NCBI GenBank assembly: GCA_043228905.1
Contig: JBHGNT010000011.1
Span: forward strand, 558,001-622,000
Length of the DNA stretch: 64,000 nucleotides
Origin: Azolla caroliniana
Taxonomy: Eukaryota > Plantae > Polypodiophyta
Direction of reading: 5' to 3'
Shown here: one piece after another, positions 27,839 through 40,100 of the stretch
How positions within the stretch are numbered: the stretch's first letter is position 1
How the letters are laid out: every line of letters begins with the position of its first letter
The notes under the pieces: generated by a model
The model's database searches: none
Told to the model about the DNA's origin: nothing
The model's input: the letters and a program-made list of their open reading frames with translations, nothing else
Translations under genes and position numbers: made by a program

Positions 27839-28586
27839 TCAAGAAACCATAAACAAGCAAGGTGAAGAGATTAGGACGTTAATGAAAGAGAATACTAAGC
27901 TCCAAAGTGTTGTCATTGAGAATGAAAGTCTTAAACAAGTGGTTGCAAAACTTCAAGAAGAGATTCAAGAATGTAAAAGAGCTTCTTTTGAAACAAATGA
28001 GCGCCTTAACAAGATTGAGTTGAAGGAAGCATTAAAAGAAGAAAAATTGGACACGATGAGGCGGGATGTAAGTGAGATGAAAAATGTATGTACAACGAAG
28101 TCATGGGCCGATGTATGTGGTGGGGATGTGCTATCAAACTCATCTAATATGCATGTGATGCATCAAGAGAAGAATATCGAAAACATAGATGTCCGAGAAT
28201 TGAAAGAACGTGAACGACGATCAAAGAACATTGTCATCCGTGGGATTAAAGAAGAGAGTATTGAAACACCCGCATCTCTTGGAAAGGCCATTGGTGAATT
28301 TTTTAGCATGCATTATGGGATGTCAGATGTGAATGTATATGGGGCACACCGAGTTGGGAAACATGGTGTTAGTCGCTCCGGAGAAAGGCCTATTGTATGC
28401 ACAATGACAGATGATACAAAGCGGCGGATCATACTCGAAAATAGTTGGGTATACCTCAAAGGTACACAATGCTTTGTGAGTGAAGATCGTACTATCTCAC
28501 AACAAAATGCTCGTCGTAAAGCATATGAAGAAAGATTGAAAAACAAGGTTAAGGATGTGCCTAAAGATGGAAATGTAGGCAAATAG
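27839..28586 (+). CDS. LINE ORF1 (coiled coil plus RRM-like nucleic-acid chaperone), probably 5'-truncated
   Basis: Heptad-rich N-terminal part, then RSKNIVIRGIKE, AHRVG, RPIV and FVSEDRT, typical of L1/CR1-type ORF1. Confidence 0.85.
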
Positions 28587-31500
28587 GGACACGTGATCTA
28601 TGAGACTAACCCACGCCTTTTACGACTATGCTTTTGGAATTGCAATGGATACCCATGGAATGCTGGATTTGGCATAGAGGAGTTCACCGATGACTCGGAT
28701 ATCACACTTCTTGTTGAGACATGGGAGCATGATACTCAAAGGATTCAAGGTTTAGGAAACTATAATGTACACTCTTTGATATGGAAGAAAAATCCAAGAC
28801 AAAGAAGAGGACAAGGAGGGGTGGCATGTTTGATTAAGAAGGAAATAGAGAAATATGTGTCAATCATAAAAAATGATGAAAATAAATGCTACATATGGCT
28901 CAAAATAGAAACACCTAATGATTTGCCCACTTTTGTAGTTGGATGTTACATCCCTCATCAAGATTCTAACTTTTATGCTTGTTTGGATAAAGATCAACCG
29001 TTTGCCAATCTAGAAGATGATATTGTTTATTTCAAATCCAAAGGGGAAGTTATTGTCTTTGGTGACATGAATGCTCGTACAAGAAGTTTCCAACTTGATT
29101 CACAAGAATCTTTCATGCCACATATCTCAAGGATGCAAGAGGATATGCAAATGTATAACCGCTCTTCTAGCGATGAAAAAGATCCGGACCAATTTGGGAA
29201 GTTACTCCTACAAATGTGCAATAGTACCGGATTGCTTATTGCAAATGGTATTTCCTTATGGCCCAACACTAATGGTTTTACATGTAGAAAACACAATGGA
29301 AATAGTGTGATTGACTATGTGCTACTTTCCGAATGTATTTTGGATCGTATACATAAATTCTCACTTGGTGAATGGACACCGGAATCCGATCATAGGCCTT
29401 TATGTATCGATCTCAAATGTATGCATAGGTTTGATTGTGAGAAGGCTATTGAAGATAATAAACAACCGCACTTGAGCATGAACCTTAAGCGAGCACCCAT
29501 GTATTCCAAGATGGTTGAGGATATGTTACAAATGACAAAGGTACAACATGGTGCCACACTAGAATGCAAATGGGAAGCTTTCAAGAAAGTCATCCTCTCA
29601 TGTACAAACAAATGTTTTTCGACCAATCGCACATCTTGGAAATGCACCAAGAAACTTAGGAAAAAATGGTTTGATAAAGAATGTCATGAAGCTCGAAAGT
29701 GCCTTATGGTTTTGGATGTAGTTAAGGATAAAGAGAATTACCAAAAGCATTTGCATGAGTATAAAAGGCTTATTCAAAGAAAGAGAAGAATATGGGAAGT
29801 TACTCAACAACTTATCCAAACGCAAGAGAAAGCACATGCATGTGCTAAATTTTGGGGAAATCTAAAGGGAAAACGTGTTGAGAGTTATGGTGACTTAACT
29901 CTTCACGACTTGTCTATGCATTGTAAGAATTTATATGAGTTATCTCTTGCCGGAAAGATGATGTGTTATGGTTCTCTTTCACATATGCCTCCCTTCTTTA
30001 CAATTGAAGATATATGCATAGGACTTAAGAAATTGGCCTCTCGAAAGGCAAGCGATCTTCAATGTATAAAGGCTGAAATGCTCAAATGGACGGGAAAGGA
30101 AGCACATATATGGATAAGAGATATGTTTAATGATGCATTGCAACATGGTATGCCATACGATTGGACTACAAATTGGATCAAACCTTTACATAAAGGTGGA
30201 GATATAAATAATGTAAATAACTATCGAACCATCATGGTTGGCTCATTAATGGCAAAACTATTTGGATGTATAATGGAATCAAAGATAAGTGTATGGGCTG
30301 AAAAAAGTGGTAAGAGAGCTTATGGACAAGCTGGCTTTCGGAAACACCATAGCACCATTGATCACCTTATCACCCTTCGAGTATTAACGGAGGAAAGTCG
30401 CCTTAAAGGTAAAGGTTTATATTGTTGCTTTGTAGACTTCAAGAAAGCTTTTGATATGGTACCTCGTGAGCATCTTTGGAGGCGAATGGAAGAACTTGAG
30501 GTGCCAAGTGAATATATGCTTGCAATTTCCCGAATTTATGAGAAGGTTATATGTTGTGTGCGCATGAGAGATAAACTTTCAGATTTTTTCAAAAGCACTA
30601 TTGGTGTTAAGCAAGGATGCCCACTCTCACCAACACTATTTGGTCTATGCATTGATGAATTGGAAGAAATGGTTACCAAGTTTGCAAAGGAAGAATGTGT
30701 TGAAGAAGTTGCCATTGGGAATGTTGTGATTATGCTTTTGCTATATGCAGATGATGTAGTGCTTTTTGCAAATACTTTAGGAGATGCACAAAAGCTTATG
30801 AAGGCATTGGAAAAATTTTGCATGCATACTAAATTAAGTGTCAATAGCTCTAAAACAAAGATTATGCTTGTGAAGAGCCAAAAAAGAGATAAACCATGCA
30901 TTATGTACAACAATGAGCCACTTGAATGTGTGGAAAGCTTCAAATATCTTGGCCTTGAAGTTCCTTCAAATCATAGATGGAATGAATGTGCTACACGCCG
31001 CTTAGAGGCGGGCAAGCGAGCATACTATGCATTTGAGAACACATGCAATCTTGGAGATATTAAGTGTTGGGTCCTCAAGAAATATCTTTTCGACACTTTG
31101 GTGACACCGGTTCTTCTCTATGGGGTGGAAGTATGGGGCGGTAGCATCCCTAAATCTATGTGGAAAGAGTTTGAAAATGTCCAAAAGCATTTTCTTACCA
31201 AGTTTCTACAAGTTAAGAAACAAACGCCCTACACCCTCCTCCTCCTTGAGACGGGATCGCTTCCCATTGAGATCATGGCCATGGAAAGGGTTGTTGAATA
31301 CATGCTTAAGGTTCAAAAAAGTCCCTCACATCGACTTCCTAGAATTGCGTGGGAAGCAAGCAAAAAGATCCAAAAGACGCATAAAAGCAAAATTTTGTGT
31401 TCCGGTTGGATGCAAGATATAGAAAAATGGTTTGGTAGATGGGATGCGAGACACTTGCTTCATGATGCATCATTAGATTCCTCTGTAAATGAGGCATTTT

Positions 31501-31967
31501 TGCAATGCCAATGTATCATGACATGGGACAAATGTGGAGGCTCACGCTTCACACATTATACTACACATGTTGCACCTAACTACAAAACCATATTCTTCGC
31601 GGAACGGGGAAATCGTACACATCCATACATGTTAGAGCCCATACCGTTATCTTCCATTCGAACCATTGCTTCCATGCAACTTAGCTCACATGCATTGCGA
31701 TGTGAAACAGGGCGTTGGGGTACAAGTGATGAGAGTGGTCGGTTATGCGCACTTTGCCCTAAACAAGTTCGCGAGTCTGAGTATCACACTTTGATACAAT
31801 GCTCTGCCTTTGATCATATTCGACCATGCTTTACACATCTCTTCGATCGAGCCCAATCTTTGCATGAATTCCTCTCACAACCACAATGTGCACTCTCGAT
31901 TGCAACATTCATTGGTAAAGTTCTTGAACATCGAGAGTCACTACTCACTTTCACACATATCACGTGA
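28587..31967 (+). CDS. LINE ORF2: AP endonuclease, reverse transcriptase and C-terminal CCHC finger
   Basis: WNCNG, LVETW, GGVA, GDMNAR, SVIDY, SDHRP; NYRTI, QAGFR, DFKKAFD, QGCPLSP, YADD, KYLG; SHALRCETGRW..CALC..EYHTLIQC. Confidence 0.96.
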   Translation, partial: GHVIYETNPRLLRLCFWNCNGYPWNAGFGIEEFTDDSDITLLVETWEHDTQRIQGLGNYNVHSLIWKKNPRQRRGQGGVACLIKKEIEKYVSIIKNDENKCYIWLKIETPNDLPTFVVGCYIPHQDSNFYACLDKDQPFANLEDDIVYFKSKGEVIVFGDMNARTRSFQLDSQESFMPHISRMQEDMQMYNRSSSDEKDPDQFGKLLLQMCNSTGLLIANGISLWPNTNGFTCRKHNGNSVIDYVLLSECILDRIHKFSLGEWTPESDHRPLCIDLKCMHRFDCEKAIEDNKQPHLSMNLKRAPMYSKMVEDMLQMTKVQHGATLECKWEAFKKVILSCTNKCFSTNRTSWKCTKKLRKKWFDKECHEARKCLMVLDVVKDKENYQKHLHEYKRLIQRKRRIWEVTQQLIQTQEKAHACAKFWGNLKGKRVESYGDLTLHDLSMHCKNLYELSLAGKMMCYGSLSHMPPFFTIEDICIGLKKLASRKASDLQCIKAEMLKWTGKEAHIWIRDMFNDALQHGMPYDWTTNWIKPLHKGGDINNVNNYRTIMVGSLMAKLFGCIMESKISVWAEKSGKRAYGQAGFRKHHSTIDHLITLRVLTEESRLKGKGLYCCFVDFKKAFDMVPREHLWRRMEELEVPSEYMLAISRIYEKVICCVRMRDKLSDFFKSTIGVKQGCPLSPTLFGLCIDELEEMVTKFAKEECVEEVAIGNVVIMLLLYADDVVLFANTLGDAQKLMKALEKFCMHTKLSVNSSKTKIMLVKSQKRDKPCIMYNNEPLECVESFKYLGLEVPSNHRWNECATRRLEAGKRAYYAFENTCNLGDIKCWVLKKYLFDTLVTPVLLYGVEVWGGSIPKSMWKEFENVQKHFLTKFLQVKKQTPYTLLLLETGSLPIEIMAMERVVEYMLKVQKSPSHRLPRIAWEASKKIQKTHKSKILCSGWMQDIEKWFGRWDARHLLHDASLDSSVNEAFLQCQCIMTWDKCGGSRFTHYTTHVAPNYKTIFFAERGNRTHPYMLEPIPLSSIRTIASMQLSSHALRCETGRWGTSDESGRLCALCPKQVRESEYHTLIQCSAFDHIRPCFTHLFDRAQSLHEFLSQPQCALSIATFIGKVLEHRESLLTFTHIT

Positions 31968-34264
31968 AATGTAATATTTTTGGTCTCATAGGTCATATTT
32001 GACCTCCGAAGACGATAATATAATCTATCTATCTATCTATCTCTCCCGTTCGGTTGCTTCTGGAACGCGTCCGGAATCGTCTTCTCGGCTTCCCTTCTTC
32101 CATTGTCCGAGACCCCCGTGGTCTCGCCCTTCTACACGCACGCGCGTAATAACGCGACAACGTCATGGAGATCCAAAACGAGCATGCAACTTGGGCGGAG
32201 TTCGAAAAGGCGCTTCTTGCTGAATACATGCTTGAAGACGCATCACGGATGACTCGACATACGCTAATGTCTTGGATCGAGAAGAAAGGAAAGAATATGT
32301 GTGCATCTGGAGTATATGCCGAATTTGACCAGAAGTATAACCGACTTTCGAGTGTTGATCAACGAGTTCTCGATGGAGATAAAGTCCTACCATTCCTGAA
32401 GGCAGTGGATGCGAAAGATCGGCATGAATTGGGTAACTTTTTGGAGGATGAAACACAACCAAATGGCTTCATAGCGGACTGGGCGGCAGTGAAGAAGGCT
32501 TGTAGCCGTCTTGATAAGCGTCGACATCGGCAAGAGGAAACTGATATGGAGAATCCACAATTGTGGAGGAGGAAGGCACCTGTGACGATCGAGTCTAACA
32601 AGCCGATTAATAATTTCGATAGGAAAGTGATGGAGGAATCTATAATCGAAGAGCTCTCCAAGAAGTTTGAAGCAGTATCACTGGCCAACTTAGGTCGACG
32701 CGGGCTGAAGGGAAAAGAAGCGTATCGATGTGTGTGGTGTGACAGCTTCGAGCACTCACGAAGGGAATGCACTGACTTGCAACATGCGATCCGCAGGAAT
32801 GTCGTCTATTTGGACGGTAACATGATTCACTCGAGCAAGACCCGAAAGCCACTACGAGTGAACTTTGGAAGAGGTGGGTTGAAAAAGATTGTAGAAGAGG
32901 AAGATGCAAGGCATGTGGAAGCTATGCACTATGCCGCTTCGGCCGGGATACGAGTTGGAAAGGAGAATCTTAAAATGATCAAGCCAGGAGCTGGGTTTTG
33001 GCCGACGGTCTTCGAGTGCAAAGAAAAAGGCAAAATCAATTCGGAGGATCTAAAACTTGCTGACCAGAACATGCAACGAGTTACCGGATGGTCAGATCCA
33101 GTCGACGAAAAAACAAGCTTTGCGGAGGTAGTGTGCGACAACTATGAAGCTCTTGTCAAAGAAAAAAGGAAAAGAACCGGTGAAGTAGATGGCACATCAA
33201 AGCGTCCCAACACGAGGAACAAAGGGAAAGAAGGGCAAGTCCCACCTATGCCACGAAGAGAGGTTGGAGAAACAAGCATGAAGCCCGGTGTCGCGAAGAT
33301 TCGCGTGTGCGTGTGCTACTCGAGCGACCACCGGGGTCTTGGACTGGGGAGGATGTTCGCAGAATTATCAAAGAGATGACGATCAATGTAAGATTAGATG
33401 AAATTTGTTTACTTGAGAAGAAGAAAGATTGTACACTTGAGAAGTAGAAAAATATGAAGAAGATAAAGACAAATATAATTAAATTGACGATAGTTGTGTT
33501 GGTGATATCACATATTGAGCCCCCCTTTACACAAGCTCCACTACGGTTTTTATAGCTCTCTTCATGCACAAAACCATGGGTTTAGAACCATGGTTTTGGG
33601 GACACGGTTTTGCTTATGACATGCACAATCCATGGGTTTAAAACCATGGTTTTGTGCACATGGTTTTCTATGGTTCTTTCGTCTATAATTTGTATATGAA
33701 AAGAAAATACATAAAATTCACACTATATGATAGTTGTATTAGTGGTAAGGCAAACATCTTGTATCTTAGAGGTGCAAGGTTCAAACCTTGCTTACACCTG
33801 TTTGTATGAACTTAAGTGCCACTAGGCCTTAGGCTTATTTGCTAAGTGTATGTGCAATGTTGCACATCCTTGGTTTATTCGTCTCACTCGGTTTCACGCC
33901 GTAGCCGAAAATCGTCACGACATCCACCCCCACCAAACCCTCACATTCTTCGGTATGTGCCGAGAAAGGTGAAGAGGTGAGATCTTTGGCAACGATGATG
34001 AACCGAGTTCCTCCGCACTCTCGTCTGACTTCGTCTTCCACTTTGAGTATGCCCAATCTTTCCAACTGAACCACCGTAGCCACCCAATCCACCATATCCG
34101 GCACTCACACCTTCTTCCCCGGTTGGTTGTAGTAGATCTACCGAATGATGTCATCGATCCGACCGCTCTTCCTTTGTCCACCGCACGTGTCCTTCGATTG
34201 GACTCCTGGCCACTCCTCGCGCTCACCGTCTTCAACTAGGTGTTGTGGATCGTTCGTGTCGATC

Positions 34265-35980
34265 TCAGATTAGGCCGGTTTGCCCTTGTTCGGATCGGTC
34301 TCCACCGATCGCTTCTCGGCTCGGTTGGCCTTCGTCTGCACTCGCATTTTGCCGAGTCGGGCTCGACCAATTGATTCCGGCCGGTTCTGCCCCCTTTTGG
34401 ATCGGGATCGTCCGATCGATTTCCTCCGAATTAGGTTTCGACCGGGTCAGCCCCGGTCGATTGGCTCCCATGTGGATCTTCCTTCGTTCGGGCCGGAATC
34501 CCGGCCGGATCATCTTCCGGTTTGACCGGTTGTCGACTCTTCCTACCTTCCCGCATGCCGCCTCTCCATCTAACTCAACCGTGGCTTCATCCTTGGCCTC
34601 CTCATCGGCCACATCCTTCTCTCCGTGTATGCTCGCCTCGAGCCATATTGTCTCCTCTCCGGCACCTCCTTTATCTTCAGTCTTATGTCGACACACGGTC
34701 TCGATTGCCGAAGTCTCCGGAACCGGTGTGAAGGAATCCCTTCGTTCATGCACATTTATCTTGTCTTCCTCATCGCCCTTCCGGTCCTCTGCTTTTCCGT
34801 CGACACATTCCATCTCTCCGGTCTCACGTTGGCGCTCGTGCACAACCGCCGAAGTCTCTGGAACAAGTGTGGAGAAAGTTTCGACATGGCTATCCGCCGT
34901 CGACTCGTCCATAGCCACCTCCGACTCGATGTCGTTTGTCATGGCTACCTCCTCAATCAATTCGGATTCAAACACTTTATCTCCCTCGATCATGCAAGCT
35001 TTTCTCATGCTTGCACCTTCATCACCCGATGTTTCGTACACAATGTGTGTTCCAAAACATTTATCCTCCCTCGAAGTGGCGTTCTCCGTCCTCGAGTCAT
35101 CGGCCTCCTCCTTGGCCGTCGTTTCTTCGTAAGACAAGAAGGTGACTTGTTTCGCACCTTCTCTCTCGGTACCGTCATACCGAACCTGAGCCTTTGTATC
35201 GGCCACTTCATTAACCCGCATTTGTTGGGAGGTCTCTTCTTCCTCGATCACCATTCGCCTCGGTTTTGTCTCCCTTTTAAGCTTCAATTCTTTTGTTCGT
35301 GGCACGTTGCTACATCTCGTCCCTCTTCGATCGTCCCTCACAGGCCGTCTTGTTGTTGTCGATATTCTCACTCGCCCCTTATCGTGTAGTCGGCATACAC
35401 TTTCTACTTTGCTCCAATCCTCGATGAAGCCATTTGCATTGTCCTCTTCTTCGAGTTTGACGCCGATGGCCATCCTTTCCATTCAATCTATTGACTTCAC
35501 GAACATAAGGACCATATCGACCCCCACCAATCTTTGTTCCCACTCCGAGAGTTGAGAAAAACGACGCTCGAAGTCAACGAATGCTTGTGTCGCGCCTTGG
35601 TGGGTCTTCGCCAATGTCACCCATTGGTCGAAGTTGCGTTGATCTCGTCCCTTTAGTCTCTCATAACCATATTCCTCCAATAGAGCCTTCTCGAAAGTCG
35701 TCCACAAATCATGAGCTTCTAGAAGCTCTTTTACATCTTTGAAGATTGGTTGAGACACCACCCGACAAAAGTACTCCAGCCTCATAGCTTCGTCCACACC
35801 TCTTGAATCCATCTCCGCATTGTAGACTTTTAGAAAACTTTGGACTTCGGCGCCATTGAAATAGCTCACTTGCTCGACTACCCTGTCAACGGCTTGTTGG
35901 GCTTCATTTCGTCTTTTCCCTTCTCTCAAAAACTCCATCATCCTTTTTGACATTGCCTCCATGAGATATTCGCCACCCAT
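34265..35980 (-). pseudogene. E4 truncated gag followed by a long acidic low-complexity ORF of unknown function
   Basis: ORF 35483-35980 is gag-like (FNGAEVQSFLKVYNAEM); ORF 34265-35482 is Glu-rich with a repeated VPETSA motif. Confidence 0.6.
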
Positions 35981-36649
35981 CTTCGTCCTCCCCTGTTGCT
36001 CTTCACGTCGGGTTCACCAAATTATTAGGTCGTGAAAATCCGTCACTATGTGCGGAACCGCTGGGGTTCTGGACTAGAAGGATTTAGAGCAACATGTACA
36101 ACAAAAGTAAGTTTTAAGCATAAGACAAGTGGGAGAGACAAATCATTAGTTTATTGCAAAAGAAAATCGATTCCTTATAATTTCAGAATCGTGTTACAAT
36201 GGGTTGGGTATGGAAATGAGAGATTAATTTTCCAAAGAAAGGAGCCAACAACCATGCAAGGAGTGGTCCGATATGAATACGAGAGATAATTTTTTACCAG
36301 AAAGCTCTAGTAAACAAAGCTAGGAGTTTGATATCAATATGTGAGATAATTTTTTTCTCGAATCCGAGAGGGAAGAAGAAAGAAGGGGAGGGGGGGGGAA
36401 AAACTAGGAGGAAAAAAAATGGGACATATATCCAGCCCCTCATTGATCCTCCTCCACAATGTTACTTTACATGCCCACTTTTAGTTGGATGGCCTCTATT
36501 TTTAGTTGCATCGCCTCTCCTTTTAGTTGCGTGCTTCCATTTTTAGATGCATGCCTTTTACTTTTAGTTGCATGGCCTTGGCTTTTGGTTGCATGCGATT
36601 GTCCGTATAATTCGGCCAAATGACAAAATCATCCATAAAGTTTAGCCCG

Positions 36650-37131
36650 TGCGCAATCCGTACGTGCGTCGCAACCAAACCGTAGACGTGTCCGCGCACA
36701 AAAGTCCCGACCGCGTAGTAGTGTACGCATCCACGCATGCACACGTCCCGACTGCGTCCTAGTGTACGCATCCACATGCGCACGCGTCCAACCAGCACCG
36801 TGTATGCATCCGCGTGCAAAAGTCTCGACCGCGCAGTAGTGTACGCATCCACGTGTGCGCACAACGTGTCCGCGCGCTCGTCCGCACATACGCATCCATC
36901 TGAAACGTCCACGCCTACGCCCGAACTTGCACACGCGCGTACATCCGAAGACGTCCATGCACGCGTCCAACCCGCATCGTGTACGCATCCGCGCGCAAAA
37001 GTCTTGACCGCACCGTAGTGTACGCATCCACGCGTGCGCACACACGCATCCACACATACGTGTCCATCTGAAACGTCCATGCGTACGCCCGAAACTTGCA
37101 CACACATACATCCGAAGACGTCCATGCGCAC
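36650..37131. repeat. CpG-rich degenerate tandem array in the E4 5' LTR (continues at 43588-43655)
   Basis: Recurring GTAGTGTACGCATCCACGCG and CGCGCAAAAGTCTCGACCGC. Confidence 0.8.
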
Positions 37132-40100
37132 TATCATGTTGTTACGCGCGTACGTGTAGAAAGGGGCGGGACCACGGGGGTCTTGGACCGAGGAGCGAGA
37201 GAGAGAGAAACAGAGAGAGATTCACCGACACGTAGAAGCGAGAAAGAGAGATATAGAACGTAAAACTTAATTATAATGGCAAGAGATTACAAACTCCGAT
37301 AGTTACAACCGACAAAGCGGCGACGGACCCGACACGGGGACCCTACTCACGCACACCGACGACAGTCACATGACTCAAATAAAAACAAAGGGGAAAGGGA
37401 GTGACTTTGCTGGAAGCACACGGGCTATCCACGAAGCAGAGGCAGCGACCTCCCGACACCCGTAGAGAGCGACGATTCGAGTTCAGGTCGAAGAGAGAGA
37501 GTTCCACCTTCCGTTCTGCAGCAACGCTTCCCTCCCTCCTCGCGCGCGATGCCTCGTTTTCTCTTCTCCTCTTCCCTTTATTCCCTGTCCCCCTTAGGAT
37601 ACGCACAATCCCCCTCTAATAAATGCGTGTGGCTTAGTAGTCACATCCACCAGTTCGTGTTCAAAGTATCCAGTCACGCGTCCATCCATGTAGGGGCCGG
37701 TTTACGCGCTTTCTCTCCGATTCCGCCTATGGCCGGTTTTCTTCACGACATGCACCCCCACCAAACCGCGCATCCACCAGTATGCGCCAGAGACGGGTAG
37801 ATATCGAAGAAACCCGGCCTCACTCCTTGCTCTCCGGTTCTCCGCCGGACCCGAACTGATCGTCGTTGTCGCTCCCGCTCGCAGGCTCCGGCTCGTCTTC
37901 GAACCGCTTTTTGAAAAGCTTTGATCCGCTTTCCGGCCACCGATACCGCTAACCGTGTCTCGTCGAGCTCCGCGAGGTGGTACGTGCCGTTGCCGTTCAC
38001 GCTCGTCACCAGGTAGGGCCCGAACCATCTCCTAGCAAACTTTCGCACCGCCTTGTGCTGATTGTCGAGGCTACTGTCATATACCAAGACCCAGTCGCCT
38101 TCCTCAATCTTCTTCCGTCGCAACCGGTGCGTCCGGTTGAACCGGGTCTTTTTCCACTCCCTCGCCGCTCGCAGCTTTTCCTTCGCCTGTATCACGTCCT
38201 CCGGCCTCCGCTCGAGTTGCTGAATCCGCGCCGCCAGCAAGTCCTCCCGGCTCATTTCGTCCTTCCAATCTACCGCCGCCCACGAAGAAACCGTCTGTTC
38301 CACCGGCATGATCGGCTTTTGTCCGTACATTAGCTCCAGCGGCATAAAACCTGTCACCGAACTGTGCATAGTCCGGTCCGCCCATAGCGCGTAAGGAAGG
38401 ACTCGCGGCCAATTCCCGACCTGCTCAACGCATGCACGCACCAACGCCTTTACAATCGGTCCGTGCCCACGTTCCACCTTTCCGTTCGCCTCCGGATTGT
38501 ACGCCATGGTGAGGGAGAGTTTGACGCCTAGCCGGTCGAACAGCTCCTCGGCCTCCCGTGCATCCAGCTCTCCCCGGTCCGCCACGATCCTCCCAACGCA
38601 CCCGTACCGACACACTACTTCTTCGATCAGGAACCGGCATACGGCCGCGGTTGTCTTGCTTTGCAGTGCACTGCCTTCCACCTGGTTCGTTAAGTCTTCC
38701 CGTGCAAGCCCCAGGTATCGCATCTGTCCTACCCCCATCGGCATCGTCACCAAGTCCACCATCCACTTGAAATAGACCGTAGGTGGGTGGGTCGGTCGTA
38801 GCTCGTCCCGGTGTCGGACTACGGAGTGCATCTGGTAGCTTTCGCAAGTCGTTACGAACCGATGCACGTCCTAGTATAGCCCCGGCCACCAGTACTTCTC
38901 CTTCAGCTTCTCGATGTGGCCCACGTTCCGCGGTGTCCGGCCCATGGGCTCTCGTGGAATGCCGCCAGTAGTTTCCCCTATTCTTCTTTCTTTGCCACTA
39001 CTCGGAGTGGGATGCCGCTTCTCTTCTTTGGGTGCTTCCATATGCACCCGTCCCGCAGGAAGAATCGTTACGCCTTCCTCCGTATCCGGCTCTCCTCCTC
39101 TCTCGCCCATGCTGCGTCCGGCGTCATCGTCCCTAGGAACCTCCCGATTTGGAGCCACTCCCCGTCGTACCTGCTTTCGTCAAATTCGTTAAGCGCCGGA
39201 GTGTTCCCTTTCCTCGTCGTTACGTTAGCCGACCCGAAGAAGTCCTTGCCGACTTCTTCGTCTTCCGAACGCGCGGGATCCAGATGTGGTAGAACGCGCA
39301 TGCCCCCAAGAATTTGCGGACCTCCGTGACCGACCCGCAAACGTTCCTCATCGTGGAGATGGTCTCTACCTTTGCTGGAGACGGTTTCCTACCGTAAGGC
39401 CCGCACAGGTGTCTGACCACCAAGATCTCCGACTGTCCGAAGGCCGACTTTTCCCCGGAGAAGGTGAGCCTCGCGCGCTCTAGTCTCTGTAGCACCTTCT
39501 CGCAATCATCGATGTGGGACGCCACGAAATTCCGACATCCGTCCGGCCCGATTGCCTCGTCCCTTTTCTCCACCGGGCATCCCTTGATCGGGATGTCATC
39601 TAAGAACGGCATGGTGAATGTCCGGGATACAATCCCTGAGCACTTTGTTCATCGCGTTCACCATGTGAGCCACTGAGTTCGTCCCTCCTTGTGGTAGGGT
39701 ACACATCCGCACTAGGCCGAGAGGAGTCCGCATCGTCGTAATGTCTCTGCTCTCCACGGCTAGTTGGAACTGATCGTACCCCGAGTCCAAATCACCGGAG
39801 TACAAATCACCGACAGAATAGATCGACCTTCCAGCGAAGGCCTCCGCGAACTCGTCTATGGTCGGTCTGATCCCTACATTACGGATGGTCACCTTGTTGA
39901 CCGGTTGTAGGTCCTGGATGAAGCGCAATGTGCCATTCTTCTTCGGCACCGTAAACCACCGATTCGAGTACGAGGCACTCGACGGTTCGAGGATGCCCAT
40001 CTCCACCTTTTGCTTTAGGAGCTCCATCAACTTCGGGATGTGAGATCTTGGCACCGGAATCAGCTTGAGATTCCACGATACATGCGGTACCGTGAAGATC

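Larger units (their letters stand above)
27839..32040 (+). mobile_element. Near-full-length LINE (RTEX-like) with intact ORF2
   Basis: ORF1 plus a 1124-aa uninterrupted ORF2, short 3' UTR and (TATC)n tail; inserted at a (CT)n tract; 5' boundary approximate. Confidence 0.93.
27152..32159 (+). mobile_element. Solo LTR of the same lineage in E3 gag, itself split by a LINE
   Basis: TGTCGTGAAG...AACGCGACA termini; TSD ACGT at 27148-51 and 32160-63; both ends resemble 18636-19151. Confidence 0.9.

Noticed and set aside
34245-35389. Long plus-strand ORFs (295 and 254 aa)
   Set aside because: Ser/Leu-rich antisense shadows of the Glu-rich minus-strand ORF
36523-37137. 204-aa and 160-aa Cys/Val/Arg-rich ORFs
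   Set aside because: Translations of the CpG-rich tandem repeat
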